This document shows, piece after piece, positions 1 to 9,908 of a stretch of DNA of 64,000 nucleotides. The position numbers were made by a program, and so were the translations under genes. Position 1 is the first letter of the stretch; the number at the start of each line of letters is the position of its first letter. The notes below the pieces were generated by a model. It did no database searches, was not told the DNA's origin, and worked only from the letters and a program-made list of their open reading frames with translations. The DNA comes from an uncultured Oscillospiraceae bacterium (GTDB lineage Bacteria; Bacillota; Clostridia; Oscillospirales; QAMX01): contig CAYWVF010000006.1 in assembly GCA_964461815.1 (NCBI GenBank), positions 22,391-86,390 of the forward strand. The letters run 5' to 3'.

Positions 1-322
1 GTGCCGATATTTTCAGCTTTTCCATTATCATATTTGCTCTTGAACCCAAAAAGCTTATATACATATATGAAAAGTCACTGCCGGATTCTATACAAAACGG
101 TACAGCCGGAAACGTAAAGAAAACATCTCCCCTATGAAGCTCATTTACCTGCCCCATAGTATGTATAGCCCCATTTCCGCTGCACACATAGTATACCTTG
201 TATACAGATTGAGCCATTAAAGAAGTATATACCTGTTTCTTCGTCTCTAAAACAAAATTGATAGTATGTATCGAATGATAATCCTTATGATATGGAACAA
301 ACAGGCAAATGTTTTCATCCAT
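1..322 (-). CDS. AraC-family transcriptional regulator, N-terminal cupin part (runs off window edge)
   Basis: Not in the ORF track. ATG at 322 follows a GGAGGGTG SD. Manual translation MDENICLFVPYHKDYHSIHTINFVLETK...YYVCSGNG...GDVFFTFP...YMYISFLG is open to position 1 and has an AraC ligand-binding cupin pattern. Divergent from the oxidoreductase. Confidence 0.7.
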   Translation of the reverse strand, partial: MDENICLFVPYHKDYHSIHTINFVLETKKQVYTSLMAQSVYKVYYVCSGNGAIHTMGQVNELHRGDVFFTFPAVPFCIESGSDFSYMYISFLGSRANMIMEKLKISA

Positions 323-473
323 AAAATCACCCTCCAGCATTATCAGTATATCACAAGGTCATATCAAAATCAAGAATCGTCAAACCATTTTACTTATATA
401 TATGGACATAATCCATTGGATCATGTATGAATATATGGTACACTGTTTTTAAATCAGAATGGAGGCAATTTTT

Positions 474-1775
474 ATGAAAAAGGTAAGAATAGGTGTTCTC
501 GGCGCATACCGTGGTTCAAGCATGATAAACTATTGCAAACGCTCTGACAATGCACAGATCGTTGCGATATGTGACAAATCTCCCGAAGCATTAGATGCTC
601 AGCGGGAAAACGCAGACGGTCTCGACATCACGTTCTATGACAATTTCAACGACTTTATCAAGCACGATATGGATGCCGTCGTTCTTGCAAACTACGCAAA
701 CGAGCATGCGCCGTTTGCGATCAAAGCAATGAAGCTCGGCAAGCATGTTTTCTCGGAGGTTCTCCCCGTTCAGACCATGAAAGAGGCTGTTGAGCTCATA
801 GAAGCAGTTGAGGAGACCGGCTGTATCTATGCATATGGAGAAAACTATTGCTATATGCCTGCACCGTACGAGATGAAAAAGCTGTATAAAGAGGGACGAA
901 TAGGCGAATTCGAATACGGTGAATGCGAATACATACATAATTGTGAGCCGATCTGGCCAAGCATTACCTATGGTGAGCGCGATCATTGGCGAAACAATAT
1001 GTATTCGACCTTCTACTGCACACACTCTCTCGGCCCGATCATCCACATGACGGGACTCCGTCCGGTATCTGTGATCGGAATAGAGGGTACTAAGACTGAG
1101 CGTAATCTTCGCAGAGGCTCAAAATGTGGTGCTTTCGGCATTGAGATGGTAACGCTCGAAAACGGCGGTATTATCAAGAGCATCCACGGCGGATTATATA
1201 AGAATTCAATATGGTACTGTGCCTACGGCTCCAAGGGAAAAATGGAATGCGGCAGAGAGGATGCCAATGACGGACATATAAACAAGATCTATGTAAACTA
1301 TGATGAATATTCCGGTGGATATGATACGTCCAAGCTTGAGAGCTATGAACCTGTACATGCTACAGATAAAACAAAGGGCTTTGGGCACGGAGGCTCGGAC
1401 TTCTATTCGATGTACAATTTTGTTGAAAAGATCAAGGGCAACCCGGATGCCGATATAATAGATGTTTACGAAGCTCTCAACATGAGTCTTCCCGGCATGT
1501 TTGCATTCCGCTCGATACTTGACAACTCCGTTTCCAAGGATATACCCGATCTCAGAAATAAACAGGAGCGTGACAAGTGGAGAAATGATACAGCCTGCAC
1601 CGATCCGAATGTAGCCGGAGAGATGCTTCTTCCCACATCTTCAAAGGGTACGCCGGATATAGACGACGGAGTTTATGAGCACATTCGAGAATTATGGCGT
1701 GCAGAATGTGAGAAAAAGTCCGAGAATTATAGATCTGCGGCATTTAACCAGGGCTCCGAAAAGAATAACAACTAA
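474..1775 (+). CDS. Gfo/Idh/MocA NAD-dependent oxidoreductase, GH109-like
   Basis: Rossmann start KVRIGVLGAYRG, H..SEV motif, YCTHSLGP and GHGGSD motifs. ATG 474 follows GGAGG. Confidence 0.8.
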   Translation: MKKVRIGVLGAYRGSSMINYCKRSDNAQIVAICDKSPEALDAQRENADGLDITFYDNFNDFIKHDMDAVVLANYANEHAPFAIKAMKLGKHVFSEVLPVQTMKEAVELIEAVEETGCIYAYGENYCYMPAPYEMKKLYKEGRIGEFEYGECEYIHNCEPIWPSITYGERDHWRNNMYSTFYCTHSLGPIIHMTGLRPVSVIGIEGTKTERNLRRGSKCGAFGIEMVTLENGGIIKSIHGGLYKNSIWYCAYGSKGKMECGREDANDGHINKIYVNYDEYSGGYDTSKLESYEPVHATDKTKGFGHGGSDFYSMYNFVEKIKGNPDADIIDVYEALNMSLPGMFAFRSILDNSVSKDIPDLRNKQERDKWRNDTACTDPNVAGEMLLPTSSKGTPDIDDGVYEHIRELWRAECEKKSENYRSAAFNQGSEKNNN

Positions 1776-1803
1776 GCTTCGTAGGATCGATATTTCGGTA
1801 AAA

Positions 1804-2520
1804 TTATAATAATGAGAACACTGAGCCGAGCTTGTCATTTATAACAAGGTCGGCTTTGCTGTCGTAGTGCGTAGGAGAAAGGTTGATCAATGCCAACACG
1901 CTGCCGTTAAAATACTGTATCAGAGAAGCCGCAGGATACACTCCGAGTGATGTACCTCCGACTATCAGCATATCACAGCTTGAAATAGCTTCTACAGAGC
2001 GTTCTATCGTTTGAGTATCCAGACTTTCTTCATAAAGCACCACATCCGGCTTTATAATACCTCCACAGCTGCATCTTGGCACGCCATCGAAGCTTTTGAT
2101 ATAGTCAGGATCGTAGGCTTTTTTGCATCTTACGCAGTAGTTGCGATGGATCGAGCCGTGAAGCTCATATACATTCCTGCTTCCGGCAGCTTGATGCAGG
2201 CCGTCAATATTTTGAGTGACGATAGCAGTAAGCTTTCCTATTTTTTCAAGCTCCGCAAGCTTAATATGTGTGATATTCGGTTTTACACCTGTTACGATCA
2301 TTTTATCACGGTAGAATTTATAAAATTCGTCGGGATTCTGTTCCCAAAATGTGTGACTCAGGATCGTTTCGGGAGGATAATCATATTTTTGATTATACAG
2401 ACCATCCACACTGCGAAAATCCGGTATACCGCTTTCGGTAGACACACCTGCACCGCCGAAGAATACTATACTTTTACTTGAATTCACTGCATCAAGAAAA
2501 TCTCTGTATTTTTTATTCAT
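1804..2520 (-). CDS. cobB: NAD-dependent protein deacylase (Sir2 family)
   Basis: GGAGVSTESGIPDFR, TQNIDGLH, ELHG, CxxC...CxC zinc site, KPDVVLYEE. Confidence 0.93.
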   Translation of the reverse strand: MNKKYRDFLDAVNSSKSIVFFGGAGVSTESGIPDFRSVDGLYNQKYDYPPETILSHTFWEQNPDEFYKFYRDKMIVTGVKPNITHIKLAELEKIGKLTAIVTQNIDGLHQAAGSRNVYELHGSIHRNYCVRCKKAYDPDYIKSFDGVPRCSCGGIIKPDVVLYEESLDTQTIERSVEAISSCDMLIVGGTSLGVYPAASLIQYFNGSVLALINLSPTHYDSKADLVINDKLGSVFSLL

Positions 2521-2529
2521 TTATACTCC

Positions 2530-4437
2530 TCATTTCAAATGAATATAATCCTCAACATCATACCATTTAACAAGAAAGCCTGCACCCTTTGCACAGAATA
2601 CAGAGCTTGATGTATACTCCGGATCACTGTCTTTATTATAGCCGATACGAGAAATGATGTCACTTGCATCCCGACACGGCTCATAACCATCAAAGGTAAA
2701 ATATATCGATGCCTTTCCTCCCGTGGAAATGCGAAGCTCGTCTCCATAGTTCATCACCTTAGACATTGGCGCACGTCCTCGTATGACAGTAAAGGCTTGC
2801 GAGGTCTCGGGGTAATCGGTAGTTCCTCCGAAACGTGTAATATCCGTAATGACCTTGCCGACATCGCTGTGAGGTACATGCGCTGTAAATGCATAGTAGG
2901 GCTCCAGCAGTACGCATTCTGCCTTTTCAAGTCCCTGACGCAGTGCTCTGTATGTAGCCTCGCGGAAATCGCCGCCTTCTGTATGCTTCAGATGTGCTGC
3001 ACCTCTGAGGAGCGTTATATGAACGTCTGTCAAGGGTGAGCCTGTCAGCATACCTCTGATCTCACGTTCGAAAACGTGAGTCTTGACCAGATTCTGGAAG
3101 CTCTGATGCAGATCATCCGTATGACACGCAGAGGAAAATGTGATACCGCTGCCGCGTTCGGACGGTGTAAGCTTTAGATGCACCTCGGCATAATGACGCA
3201 GCGGTTCAAAATGACCATAGCCTATGACTTCATCTGCGATCGTTTCAAGGTACTGCACCTGCGGTTCACCGAAAGAAGCATCTATAGCAAACCGCGTTTT
3301 TAATATATCCGAGAGGATTTCAAGCTGCACCGTACCAGAAACACATACAGTGATGCATCCCGAACGCACATCACGCTTTACATGGAGTGACGGTTCTTCA
3401 TCCTCAATTATCCTAAGCGCATCGTAGAGCTTAGTCAGATCATCAGAGCTGATATCCGTATTCAAAAGCGGAGTCAGCGTTTCCGATATGTGTCCCGACA
3501 GCGAGCCAATGTAATCTCCTGCACGCACCTCCGACAAACCACCTACCACACATATCATGCCGGCATATGCATTTGACAGATTCTTAAGCTTTCCTGCCGA
3601 CGGTTCACGCAGATAGCTTACTTTTTGCGAAGTTCCTAACTCATCACGTACATTCAGCGTACCGGAGAGTATCTTTATATACGCATTTCGTGTTCCCACG
3701 CCGTCATTTGTGATCTTATAGACATATGCCGAGAACGGCTGCTCCTGCTTGGAGGTATAATCCGGATCGATATATTTATCGATCAGCCAAAGCAGCTCAT
3801 CGATACCGTTTCCCTCGAGCGCACACCCCTTGATATATGGGAATATCTCACGCTTTTGTATCATGGAGGATATGGCATTTTCCAGCTCATCATCCGAGAG
3901 TGTACCTTCGAGAAATCTGTCGAGCAAATATTCGCTTGACTCGGCTGCCGCTTCATTAAGCTCGTCGATACCGCATGGTGATATACCGAGCTCTCTTTTT
4001 ATATCATATACAACCTTATCCAGATCGGCACCAAGCCGATCCGTCTTATTTATAAAGAGGATAACAGGCTTGCCGAGTCTTTCCAACAGGCGAAACAGTG
4101 TCACGGTATGACTTTGCACACCCTCGACTGCGCTGAGTACAAGGATAGCGCAGTCGAGAGCGGATAGAACACGCTCCGTCTCAGGTGAAAAATCAACATG
4201 TCCCGGAGTGTCCAAAATATGAAACACCGTAGAGCCGTATTCGAACGAGGATTCACTCGAAAATATTGTGATGCCACGCTGCTGCTCGATAATGTGATTA
4301 TCGAGTGCCGACGTGCCGTTGTCCACACGTCCAAGTGAACGTATTGTTCCGGCTTTGTATAAAAGCTGCTCACATAATGTGGTTTTTCCCGCATCAACAT
4401 GTGCGGCAAAGCCTATAGTAACGTGTTTTACTGCCAT
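2530..4437 (-). CDS. EF-G/TetM-like translational GTPase
   Basis: AHVDAGKTT, RGITI, DTPGHVDF, NKTD motifs and EF-G domain III-V-like segments. Confidence 0.85.
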   Translation of the reverse strand: MAVKHVTIGFAAHVDAGKTTLCEQLLYKAGTIRSLGRVDNGTSALDNHIIEQQRGITIFSSESSFEYGSTVFHILDTPGHVDFSPETERVLSALDCAILVLSAVEGVQSHTVTLFRLLERLGKPVILFINKTDRLGADLDKVVYDIKRELGISPCGIDELNEAAAESSEYLLDRFLEGTLSDDELENAISSMIQKREIFPYIKGCALEGNGIDELLWLIDKYIDPDYTSKQEQPFSAYVYKITNDGVGTRNAYIKILSGTLNVRDELGTSQKVSYLREPSAGKLKNLSNAYAGMICVVGGLSEVRAGDYIGSLSGHISETLTPLLNTDISSDDLTKLYDALRIIEDEEPSLHVKRDVRSGCITVCVSGTVQLEILSDILKTRFAIDASFGEPQVQYLETIADEVIGYGHFEPLRHYAEVHLKLTPSERGSGITFSSACHTDDLHQSFQNLVKTHVFEREIRGMLTGSPLTDVHITLLRGAAHLKHTEGGDFREATYRALRQGLEKAECVLLEPYYAFTAHVPHSDVGKVITDITRFGGTTDYPETSQAFTVIRGRAPMSKVMNYGDELRISTGGKASIYFTFDGYEPCRDASDIISRIGYNKDSDPEYTSSSVFCAKGAGFLVKWYDVEDYIHLK

Positions 4438-4438
4438 T

Positions 4439-5440
4439 TTAATCGAGAGTAAATCTGCTCACACGAGTATATGCTTTTACGCCTACCGGATTGATATAAT
4501 CAGCAGGGAATTGCTGCTTAAGCTCGTCGATGAGTGCCTTGTTTTTATATCCGAGCTGTTCGAGAATAGAAATAACAACATAAGGTATATAGTGATAAGT
4601 ACCGCTTTCAAGCTTAAAAGCAATACCTATACGTTCATCACGCAGGCCTATGCAATATAAAGCCTCTGCGCCGCCCTTGGCAATGATATTTCTGTCTCCG
4701 AGAAGCATTGTGCAAATGCCACCCGTGCCTGCGATCATCTCGGGGTAGTCGTTCATGTAGGATGTACCACGTCTTACACATTCGCTAAGCTTGTCATCCT
4801 TAAGTCTTTCCGGACATGCAAGGTTCAAATAGCTGAGCGCAACGTTGTAGAGCGGTACGGCAAATACAGGTACACCGCAGCCGTCAGCACCGACTATGAT
4901 ATCTTCGGATGGAAACTCACTCATCGTGCCTATGAATTTTTTGATATCCTGCTGAATTGGGCTTTCAGGTCTCCAGTAGTCCTTCGGGTCACAGCCGAGA
5001 TAACGGCAAAATGCGAGAAGCGCAGAATGCTTACCCGAACAGTTATAGTATATTTTTCTCATCGGCTTACCCTCTGCAATAAGCTTATATGCCGTAGGCT
5101 GATGAGAGGGATAAGCAGGCGGAAGTATCATATCTTCATCGGTAAATCCGATTTTTGACAATGCGGATGTGATCGTTTCTGTATGGAAGCTTTCTCCGTC
5201 ATGTGATGCACAGAATACAGCGTACTCTTTATCCGTAAAGCCGTATTTTTCCTTGATACCATAGTAGAGAATAGGCAGTGCCTGTATGGGCTTGGCAGAT
5301 GAGCGGTAATATTGAAATCTTGTGATATCGCCTATGGAATGCATGACATTACCGTTGTAGTCTACTATACACAGTCTGCCTCTGATATCATTTTCATCTA
5401 AAGATCCTCGAATTTCCGAAACAAGTATATCGTTCATCAT
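4439..5440 (-). CDS. L-asparaginase II (Rhizobium AnsA-type) family protein
   Basis: RSSAKPIQA, ASHDG, NCSGKH, DGCG, AKGGAEA motifs. Start placed at ATG 5440 after GAAAGGAAG. Confidence 0.85.
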   Translation of the reverse strand: MMNDILVSEIRGSLDENDIRGRLCIVDYNGNVMHSIGDITRFQYYRSSAKPIQALPILYYGIKEKYGFTDKEYAVFCASHDGESFHTETITSALSKIGFTDEDMILPPAYPSHQPTAYKLIAEGKPMRKIYYNCSGKHSALLAFCRYLGCDPKDYWRPESPIQQDIKKFIGTMSEFPSEDIIVGADGCGVPVFAVPLYNVALSYLNLACPERLKDDKLSECVRRGTSYMNDYPEMIAGTGGICTMLLGDRNIIAKGGAEALYCIGLRDERIGIAFKLESGTYHYIPYVVISILEQLGYKNKALIDELKQQFPADYINPVGVKAYTRVSRFTLD

Positions 5441-5536
5441 GATCTTCCTTTCATATATTTTTCTCAATTATATCATTAATTATCGATCTTTTCAATAGAA
5501 AAGAAATAAACGATGAATTTTTTGTGTATACATTGT

Positions 5537-5570
5537 TTTGACATATTTTAATCGGAGAAAGCGATAGAAT
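5537..5570 (+). promoter_or_regulatory. spoIIG-type Spo0A-dependent sigma-A promoter
   Basis: TTGACA (5538-43), 21-nt spacer, TAGAAT (5565-70). TTTGACA is a reverse 0A-box-like heptamer over the -35. Over-long spacing is the known feature of spoIIG promoters. Confidence 0.7.
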
Positions 5571-5588
5571 AGATCATGCAAGGGAGGG

Positions 5589-6446
5589 ATGAGCATAAGG
5601 ATCGTTTATATAGACGTACTTTTCCTACTTAACCTGGTGATAAATTATTTACTGCTTATAGCATCTGCGAGAATGACAGGAGCTGTGATACAGAGAAAGC
5701 GCATAGCTGCAGGAGCTGCCATAGGTGCTCTTTATGCGGTAGTAATGTTTTTCCCACAGCTGAGGCTCTTATATACTGTAGCATTCAAATTACTGTTTGC
5801 GATCCCTATAACGGCAGTATCATTCAGCATCAAGAGTATAAGGCAGCTTATAAAATACTCGCTCATATTTTTCGCAGTGTCGTTTGTATTTGCAGGCTGC
5901 GTGGTAGCTGTATATTACATATCAAACAGTTCGAACATCAGAGTGAATAACGGTATCATGTACATGAATATACCCTTTTGGATGCTTGTTATATCCGTAA
6001 TGACAGCATATATTTTAATTGGTATCGTAATGCGGAAAAGTGCCGGAGGTGAAGAAAAGCGATTTGCGGAAATAGAGGTAGCTGCATTTTCAGGTGATGC
6101 AAAGCTCAAGGCGTTGTACGACAGCGGCAACGAGCTTACTGACCCGATGACGAATAAGAGAATAATCGTAGCCGAGTACGGAAAAATCAAGAGTATATTT
6201 CCGCAGCAGGCAAGAGATATTCTCGACACCTGTGATCTGCTTGACGGAGCTGAGGCTGTGGAATCTGTTTCGGCGATTTGCAGGCTGAGAGTAGTGCCGT
6301 ACAAAACTGTAGGAAACGAGAATGCACTGATGGCAGTGTTTAAGCCTGACAGGATAACCGTAGACGGTAAGAGCCGCGACGATATGCTTGTGGGAATAAG
6401 CTCCGTGAAGCTGTCTGATGAATATGATGCGGTAGTAAATTTATAA
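5589..6446 (+). CDS. spoIIGA: Pro-sigmaE processing aspartyl peptidase SpoIIGA
   Basis: VYIDVLFLLN start, five TM helices, DSGN catalytic motif, VPYKTVG. Directly upstream of sigE. Confidence 0.93.
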   Translation: MSIRIVYIDVLFLLNLVINYLLLIASARMTGAVIQRKRIAAGAAIGALYAVVMFFPQLRLLYTVAFKLLFAIPITAVSFSIKSIRQLIKYSLIFFAVSFVFAGCVVAVYYISNSSNIRVNNGIMYMNIPFWMLVISVMTAYILIGIVMRKSAGGEEKRFAEIEVAAFSGDAKLKALYDSGNELTDPMTNKRIIVAEYGKIKSIFPQQARDILDTCDLLDGAEAVESVSAICRLRVVPYKTVGNENALMAVFKPDRITVDGKSRDDMLVGISSVKLSDEYDAVVNL

Positions 6447-6461
6447 ATTAGGAGGTATAAA

Positions 6462-7175
6462 ATGCTTATTGATCTGCGATTAAAGCTTGCGAAGCTGATA
6501 GTGAAGCTGAGACTCGGAAGCGTAGATGGGATACATTATCTCGGAGGTGCCGAAAGTCTTCCACCTCCTTTGAGCAGGCAGGAGGAATCGGAGCTCATGC
6601 TGCGATTCAAGGATAACGATCCTGCGGTAAAGCGAACTCTGATAGAGAGAAACCTGCGATTGGTAGTATACATAGCAAGGAAATTCGAGAACACCGGTAT
6701 AAACATCGAGGATCTTATATCTATAGGAACTATAGGTTTGATAAAAGCAATAAACACTTACAAGCCCGACAGGAATATAAAGCTTGCCACGTATGCATCA
6801 AGATGTATTGAAAATGAGATCTTGATGTTTCTGAGAAAAAATGCGAATGTAAAGCATGAGGTATCGATAGATGAACCATTGAATACCGACTGGGACGGCA
6901 ATGAGCTGAGGCTTGAGGATACACTCGGCACGGAAAGTGACAGTGTTATGAAGGTACTGGAGGAGGACGTAGACAGACAGCTTTTGAATGCTGCACTCAG
7001 TAGACTCAATGAGCGTGAGCATATGATAATCTCTATGAGATTCGGTCTTTACGGCAAGGAGGAGAAGACACAGAAGGAGGTAGCGGATATACTCGGTATT
7101 TCACAGTCGTATATATCAAGACTGGAGAAGCGAATAATCGCCAGATTAAAAAAAGATATCTCAAAATTATTGTAA
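6462..7175 (+). CDS. sigE: RNA polymerase sporulation sigma factor SigE
   Basis: [68 protein letters not shown]. Confidence 0.97.
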   Translation: MLIDLRLKLAKLIVKLRLGSVDGIHYLGGAESLPPPLSRQEESELMLRFKDNDPAVKRTLIERNLRLVVYIARKFENTGINIEDLISIGTIGLIKAINTYKPDRNIKLATYASRCIENEILMFLRKNANVKHEVSIDEPLNTDWDGNELRLEDTLGTESDSVMKVLEEDVDRQLLNAALSRLNEREHMIISMRFGLYGKEEKTQKEVADILGISQSYISRLEKRIIARLKKDISKLL

Positions 7176-7239
7176 TTACCTATTGTAATATTTTTACTTT
7201 CATGGTATGCTATGCTTATCAATGTAATTGAGGTATATC

Positions 7240-8640
7240 ATGAAGATACGTGAACTTATAGGTAACAGAAAATTTTATGCCGATGTGGTCAAATTCGGCG
7301 TGCCTGTAGCAATGCAGAACCTTCTTACATCGTCTATGTCGTTTGTAGACAGTATGATGATCGGAGGAAAAAGCGAGATCGCTCTCGGTGCTGTAGGTAT
7401 GGCCGCTCAGTGGTTCAGCCTGCTAACACTTTGCTGTTGGGGAATACATAGTGCCGGAACGATGTTCTTTGCACAATATTGGGGTGCTAAGGATAAAGAC
7501 GGTATAAGCAAAACAGCATGGGTAATGTTTATGAGTGTGCTTGCCGTAATGCTGCCGGCTGCACTCATCACTCTGTTTTTTCCCAAGCTTATTATGAGCA
7601 TATACACAAATGATGTCGAAGTGATATCGATAGGTACGGGATATCTGCGTATAGCATCACTCAGCTGTGTTTTTTCGACGATCTCAGTCGGATGCAGCGG
7701 ACTCCTGCGCTCTACAGGAAACGCAAGACTGCCGTTACTTGCAAGCATAGTCGGATTGACGACCAATACGCTTCTGAATTGGATATTGATCTATGGAAAG
7801 CTCGGCTTCCCGGATATGGGAGCGGAGGGTGCGGCTCTTGCAACGCTGATATCATCCTTCCTCAATATGGCTATCCTCATATTCGTTGCTGTCGCACGTA
7901 AAAATATCGTCTATGAGGCTATGCGTAAGCGTGTAAAGCTTGAGAGGGTATTTATAAAAGAGTATTATAAAAAGGCTATGCCTATCATTCTAAACGAAGC
8001 AGCATACGCCTTTGCTACGCTTGTTATAAATATGGTATTCGGACGTCAAGGCGGAAAAAACATGTCGGCATTGACCATTTTCAGAACTATCGAGGGTCTT
8101 GTAATGGCATTCTATTGGGGCTTTGTCAATGCATTGTCCGTCATGATAGGAAATTCGATAGGTGCCGGTGAGATAAGAAACGGCATAGTATATTCACGTC
8201 GCTTTGCGGTGATGAACTTTTTGACTACTATTATCACAACAGGCTTAATTTTCATTTTCAAGGAGCCGATAACATCTATGTTCGGCGTAGGTGCAGATAT
8301 CAATGCTATTGTGTATGAGCTGCTTATAGTTATGATCATTCTGACACCTCTCAGGACATGCAATTATATGCTTATTGGCGTATACCGTGCAGGCGGTGAG
8401 TCGAAGTTCGGATTTTATGTTGAGATCTCAACTATCTGGCTCGTATCTGTCCCCTTGGTACTGCTTGCAGGCTTTGTTTGGGAGCTGCCGTTCGTTTTTG
8501 TGATCGCAATGTCGTACTCAGAGGATATAGCAAAGATCGGCATACAAATATGGTATATGCTAAGCAATAAATGGATAAAGCCCGTTACCGAGCAGGGTAA
8601 AAAGGGATATGAGCAGTACAAATTGTCATTGAAAGCATAA
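7240..8640 (+). CDS. MATE family efflux transporter
   Basis: About 12 TM segments; P...QNLL...VDSMMIG, LLRSTG, LNWILIYG, GAEGAALAT motifs. Confidence 0.9.
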   Translation: MKIRELIGNRKFYADVVKFGVPVAMQNLLTSSMSFVDSMMIGGKSEIALGAVGMAAQWFSLLTLCCWGIHSAGTMFFAQYWGAKDKDGISKTAWVMFMSVLAVMLPAALITLFFPKLIMSIYTNDVEVISIGTGYLRIASLSCVFSTISVGCSGLLRSTGNARLPLLASIVGLTTNTLLNWILIYGKLGFPDMGAEGAALATLISSFLNMAILIFVAVARKNIVYEAMRKRVKLERVFIKEYYKKAMPIILNEAAYAFATLVINMVFGRQGGKNMSALTIFRTIEGLVMAFYWGFVNALSVMIGNSIGAGEIRNGIVYSRRFAVMNFLTTIITTGLIFIFKEPITSMFGVGADINAIVYELLIVMIILTPLRTCNYMLIGVYRAGGESKFGFYVEISTIWLVSVPLVLLAGFVWELPFVFVIAMSYSEDIAKIGIQIWYMLSNKWIKPVTEQGKKGYEQYKLSLKA

Positions 8641-8644
8641 AAGA

Positions 8645-8678
8645 ATCTGCTGCAAAGAATTGCAGCAGATCCTTTTTT
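8645..8678. terminator. Bidirectional intrinsic terminator between MATE and rluA
   Basis: ATCTGCTGCAA / TTGCAGCAGAT stem followed by a T-tract, between convergent genes. Confidence 0.75.
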
Positions 8679-9639
8679 ACAATCTACCGTGATTAAAATC
8701 ATCTACGAAATCGATATCCTTTATTTCGAAGCATTTTCCATTCAGATAGTGCAGCATTCCTCCATCGGTCTTGAATTTAAATTCCAGCTTATAGGAGTAA
8801 AGCGCCTGATATTTTCGGCCCGAGCTTTTATACAGCTTACCATCGGCATATTTACCGTCACCCAGCAGAGGGCATCCTATTGACGCCATGGAAACTCTTA
8901 TCTGGTGGGTACGTCCTGTGAGAAGCTCACATTCGACAAGCGACAAGCCCTTACGTACACTCTTTACATTATAAAGAGTCACCGCACTTTTCGAATCCTT
9001 AGACGGTGTTTTGTTCAAATATACTCTTTTATTGTCCTTGTCACGCACGATGAAGCCCTCTATCCTGCCCTTTCTCGGATTCGGTATACCATGTACGATA
9101 CACAGATATGATTTTCTCAGCTCGTGCTCACGTATTTTCTCATTCATGATACGAAGCGATTCTGCATTTTTTGCTGCGATCACTATACCGCCGGTATTGC
9201 GGTCGATACGGTTACATAAAGCGGGAGCGAAGCTTGCTTCGGCATCCGGATCCCACTCCCCTTTTTTATATAAATACGCCTGAATATGAGCTATCAGAGT
9301 GTTTATGCTTTCGGTTTCATCCTCATGAACTACCATACCCGGTTTTTTATCAACAAGCAGTATATTTTCATCCTCATAAACTATGCTGAGTGCCGGAGTT
9401 ATAGTCTTATATGCAGTCGATTGATCCGGCACATCGAAAAATTTATCGGGTGCATAGACTCTGAGCACGTCACCCTCATTTAGTCTGTCGGAGCAGCTGC
9501 AACGCTTACCGTTTATTTTTATATCCTTTGTTCGAATATATTTTTGGACTGCCGAGGACGGCATTCTAGGTGCTGCCTTGCGTAGAAAAGCATCGACACG
9601 AAGTGATGAATCGTTTTTATTTATAATAAATTCTTTCAA
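8677..9639 (-). CDS. RluA/RluC-family RNA pseudouridine synthase
   Basis: N-terminal S4 domain, KKPGMVVH, NRIDRNTGG (catalytic Asp), TGRTHQIR, GDGKY. Confidence 0.93.
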   Translation of the reverse strand: MKEFIINKNDSSLRVDAFLRKAAPRMPSSAVQKYIRTKDIKINGKRCSCSDRLNEGDVLRVYAPDKFFDVPDQSTAYKTITPALSIVYEDENILLVDKKPGMVVHEDETESINTLIAHIQAYLYKKGEWDPDAEASFAPALCNRIDRNTGGIVIAAKNAESLRIMNEKIREHELRKSYLCIVHGIPNPRKGRIEGFIVRDKDNKRVYLNKTPSKDSKSAVTLYNVKSVRKGLSLVECELLTGRTHQIRVSMASIGCPLLGDGKYADGKLYKSSGRKYQALYSYKLEFKFKTDGGMLHYLNGKCFEIKDIDFVDDFNHGRL

Positions 9640-9908
9640 TCTTATAGCTATGCCTTGCGTAGCAAAGCATTCTTCCTTTCATCGGAATTCAAATGTGATT
9701 TTACATCGGCGAATACAAATTGTTTCGTTTTTAAGTCGAAGAAATGCAACCCGGGATTTTTGCATTTCGTATGCTTTTATTTTACCACATTTGACACAAA
9801 TATCAATAAGCCATTTCACGATACGTATAAAATTTTCAAATTAGTACTTTTCACAGAGCTGACAGCATGATATAATATTTGCATCAGGATCGGAAAGGTG
9901 AGAATAAA

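Noticed and set aside
2530-4437. Calling the GTPase tetM/tetO/tetW
   Set aside because: It lacks the YSPVST loop and has no mobile context; left as a TetM-like GTPase.
9640-9800. rluA leader: hairpin GAAATGCAA...TTGCATTTC and a 28-codon uORF whose TGA is in frame with rluA
   Set aside because: No SD for the uORF, RluA is complete from its TTG start, and no recognisable riboswitch or SECIS pattern.
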